Positions 61,672 through 64,000 of a DNA stretch of 64,000 nt are shown in pieces (within the stretch, counting starts at the first letter, position 1; each line of letters begins with the position of its first letter). The DNA lies in the NCBI GenBank assembly GCA_030390025.1, contig CM059438.1, positions 79,918,001-79,982,000 on the forward strand, read 5' to 3'. The translations under genes were made by a program, and so were the position numbers. The notes under the pieces were generated by a model. The model ran no database searches. It was not told the origin of the DNA and worked only from the letters and a program-made list of their open reading frames with translations. Source of the stretch: Squalus acanthias (Eukaryota).

Positions 61672-64000
61672 ATTTGGATTGCTATTCCTGAGATGACTGT
61701 ACTGGTTTTATTTATTTAAAAAGAAATGAGTTATTTACCATACAATACAGAAAAAGAGAGAAGTTTGCAAAGTTTTATTTTTCCAAAAAGAAAACCAATT
61801 ACAGTACTGGTGCCAAACTAAAGTCATGTGATCAAATTTAGTCTCCTACATCATCATATAATCCTGGATCAGAATTAAGCCAAGCTGACACTGGTCTCTG
61901 GGCTGATGCCAAGAAAGTGAGAAGTTGCTGGCCATACAGCAACACTGACAGAAGTTTGGGCGCGAGTCACCTACACTATCCTTGGCCAGTGAATAATGTA
62001 TAGTTAGGGGCGGGGGGGGGGGGGGGGGTGAAGAAGAGAAAGAAAGGTGGAGGCACCATAAAAAGAAAAAGAAAAAAGTGGGATGGGTAAATATTCAATC
62101 ACAATGGTTTCTTTACATGGCTTTCTTCTTCCCTACTTAAATGCAGTATTTCAGACCCAAACTGCCTAGATTAATAATGAACAAAACCAAAGTTGGTTAT
62201 TTTGCAACTCTGGTGGGCCAATGCAAAACTTCTCACCTTACAAGAAAACATCAACTCACAACAATCAACTCAAAGATTTCATTTGAACACACCTGCAGTC
62301 GAGTTTAACCGTAATTAATTGTTCAAGTACTGACAGCATTTCAACACCAAAATAAAAACATCAAACCCATTTTCGAAAGGAATCCAGCATCTGATGACAG
62401 GAAGTCACTTATGATGTTTAGTTAAAGCCTAATAAGGCATATTGAAGCTATTAGGGTGCTAAGCCAGTGTTTATGGCTCCCAGCATGCCTATTTTAAAAA
62501 GGGAGCAGTGTTTGATGAAAGGAAGCATCGTTAACCTACCCAAATGTCCAAAATCATCCACAGATAACACATACAGACAATACTGTAACATAAATTCCTT
62601 TTATTTTCTCTAACAGGTGGGAAGTGAAAAACAACTACAAACACACACACAAAAACATACACACTGCAGTCTTTCCAGTTCATACACAAGGAAATGAATC
62701 CTGGATGCAAATAGGGATTAATCCTTTCATTCAGGCATTGTTCTGTGCATCTACTGTATTTATCTAGAAACACAAGAATTCAAAAACTAAAACTAATTCT
62801 TGCATTGTGTGGGTCAGGTCACAAGTTCTCCTCTGCCAGAATTATACAGTAATCACATTTTAAATTGAACTACCGAGAGCTTTGCTTCACCATAAAGAAG
62901 ATGGACAAAAAGGTACTTCATTCTGCAGCTGTAAGTGCAGGTGTTATCTTTGTCATCTGGTGCAGTTGTATTACATGACTATGTACCAATGTACCTCAAG
63001 ACCTACTTTTAAGCAGAATAGAATAATGTAACAATGGTAAGCATACAGTGCATCTCTGCAAAGCAATAAGGAACAAAGTTCTCTTTAATCTGTATAATCA
63101 AATACTACTCTTGCAGTACTGGGAATTATGTGCCAGTTTAACCTGGCAGCAGATAGCCACCCTTTCAAATTCAAAAGATTCAATAAGGAGGCTCTTGCGA
63201 TGAAAGGAGATGATTAAAGCAGTATTGTTGGTAGATGAAAACTGAGGTAAACTTTTTTGTAATTGCGAAACCAAGGTGAAGGGCCAGTACAGGACACAAA
63301 GGTGAAAACAGTAAAAGAGAAGCCAAGGTAAATGAGGATGTAATGATTAGGCGACACTAAACGTAGGTGTTAAAAGCCTGAAAGAAGTAAGGAGTTCCAT
63401 ACTTCTGAAGTCCTGAGAAAGAATAAATTAGAGCAGAGGATTGTACAATATGTCCTGATTGCAACAGAGTGGGGAAGTAAAGTAGCACAATATTTTAGAC
63501 AGTGTGCGCAAAATAAAAACCCTCTGACCTTGAAACCAATCAAATGAAATTCTAGAATATCATTCTGAATCTTACAATCTACATGACTCACTCCATCCCA
63601 CTGTTTTCATATTTGATACAGCCATGACTGTAGCAGCTCCAAATTATATTTAATCAGCACCCCATGTCCATAACTTCCCTTATAATTTCACACTCATTCT
63701 TTCCAGATATTTTTTAAACTTTTGGTTGAAAAAAGGAATTAGTCAAAATAGCACAACTGCTTTTGCTGGGGCAATAATTTACACATTCACGGCTCCTCAG
63801 GGATTAGTAACATCCTTTTTAACCTCTACTAGTCTCACCTGAGGCTCCTCAATATTTGCACTTGTGTTCTTGGCTTGCACTCCAAATTAAATAGCCTACT
63901 TACATCTACATTCTTTGTCTTTCAGCATTTTCATGACTTGGATCCTGTGCTTCTCAATCTTCTTTTCTCCAATGAAGAAGATTGTTCAATTCCAAGAGTT

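Noticed and set aside
62006-62028. G-run as a functional G-quadruplex (also C-runs at 27025 and 43377 and the C-rich tract at 58700-58900)
   Set aside because: Simple homopolymer or low-complexity tracts with no supporting evidence of function.
41319-64000. Upstream dennd1a exon (QNPETTFEVY-like peptide)
   Set aside because: I could not find it by eye. It probably lies beyond the window, although a diverged short exon could have been missed.

Overview
Eukaryotic, repeat-rich vertebrate DNA; the SINE/LINE families look like those of cartilaginous fish (shark). The window lies inside the host gene dennd1a on the minus strand. Two short coding exons (41275-41318 and 38-87) splice in frame to DPEVRRQFPEDYSDQ|EVLQTLTKFCFPFYVD, and everything else is intron. 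The introns contain: a young CR1 LINE with an open 572-aa RT frame; a complete but decayed two-gene PIF/Harbinger transposon (transposase plus spliced Myb/SANT gene); an RTE fragment; a tRNA-headed CR1-group LINE with an internal inversion; an old DIRS-type RT fossil; L2 and Deu-type SINE fragments; and several MITEs. The most notable non-coding signal is six short Penelope-type insertions, five of which carry minimal type I hammerhead-ribozyme motifs (CUGANGA / stem II / GAA plus a palindromic ACGU or AGCU). The best copy is at 57453-57489. Copies with an intact core and stem I are antisense to the host transcript. There is also a ~370-bp ancient palindrome and several homeobox/POU/SOX-motif-dense blocks that may be enhancers. 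All calls come from reading the sequence by eye; no database searches were run, and boundaries of old repeats are approximate.
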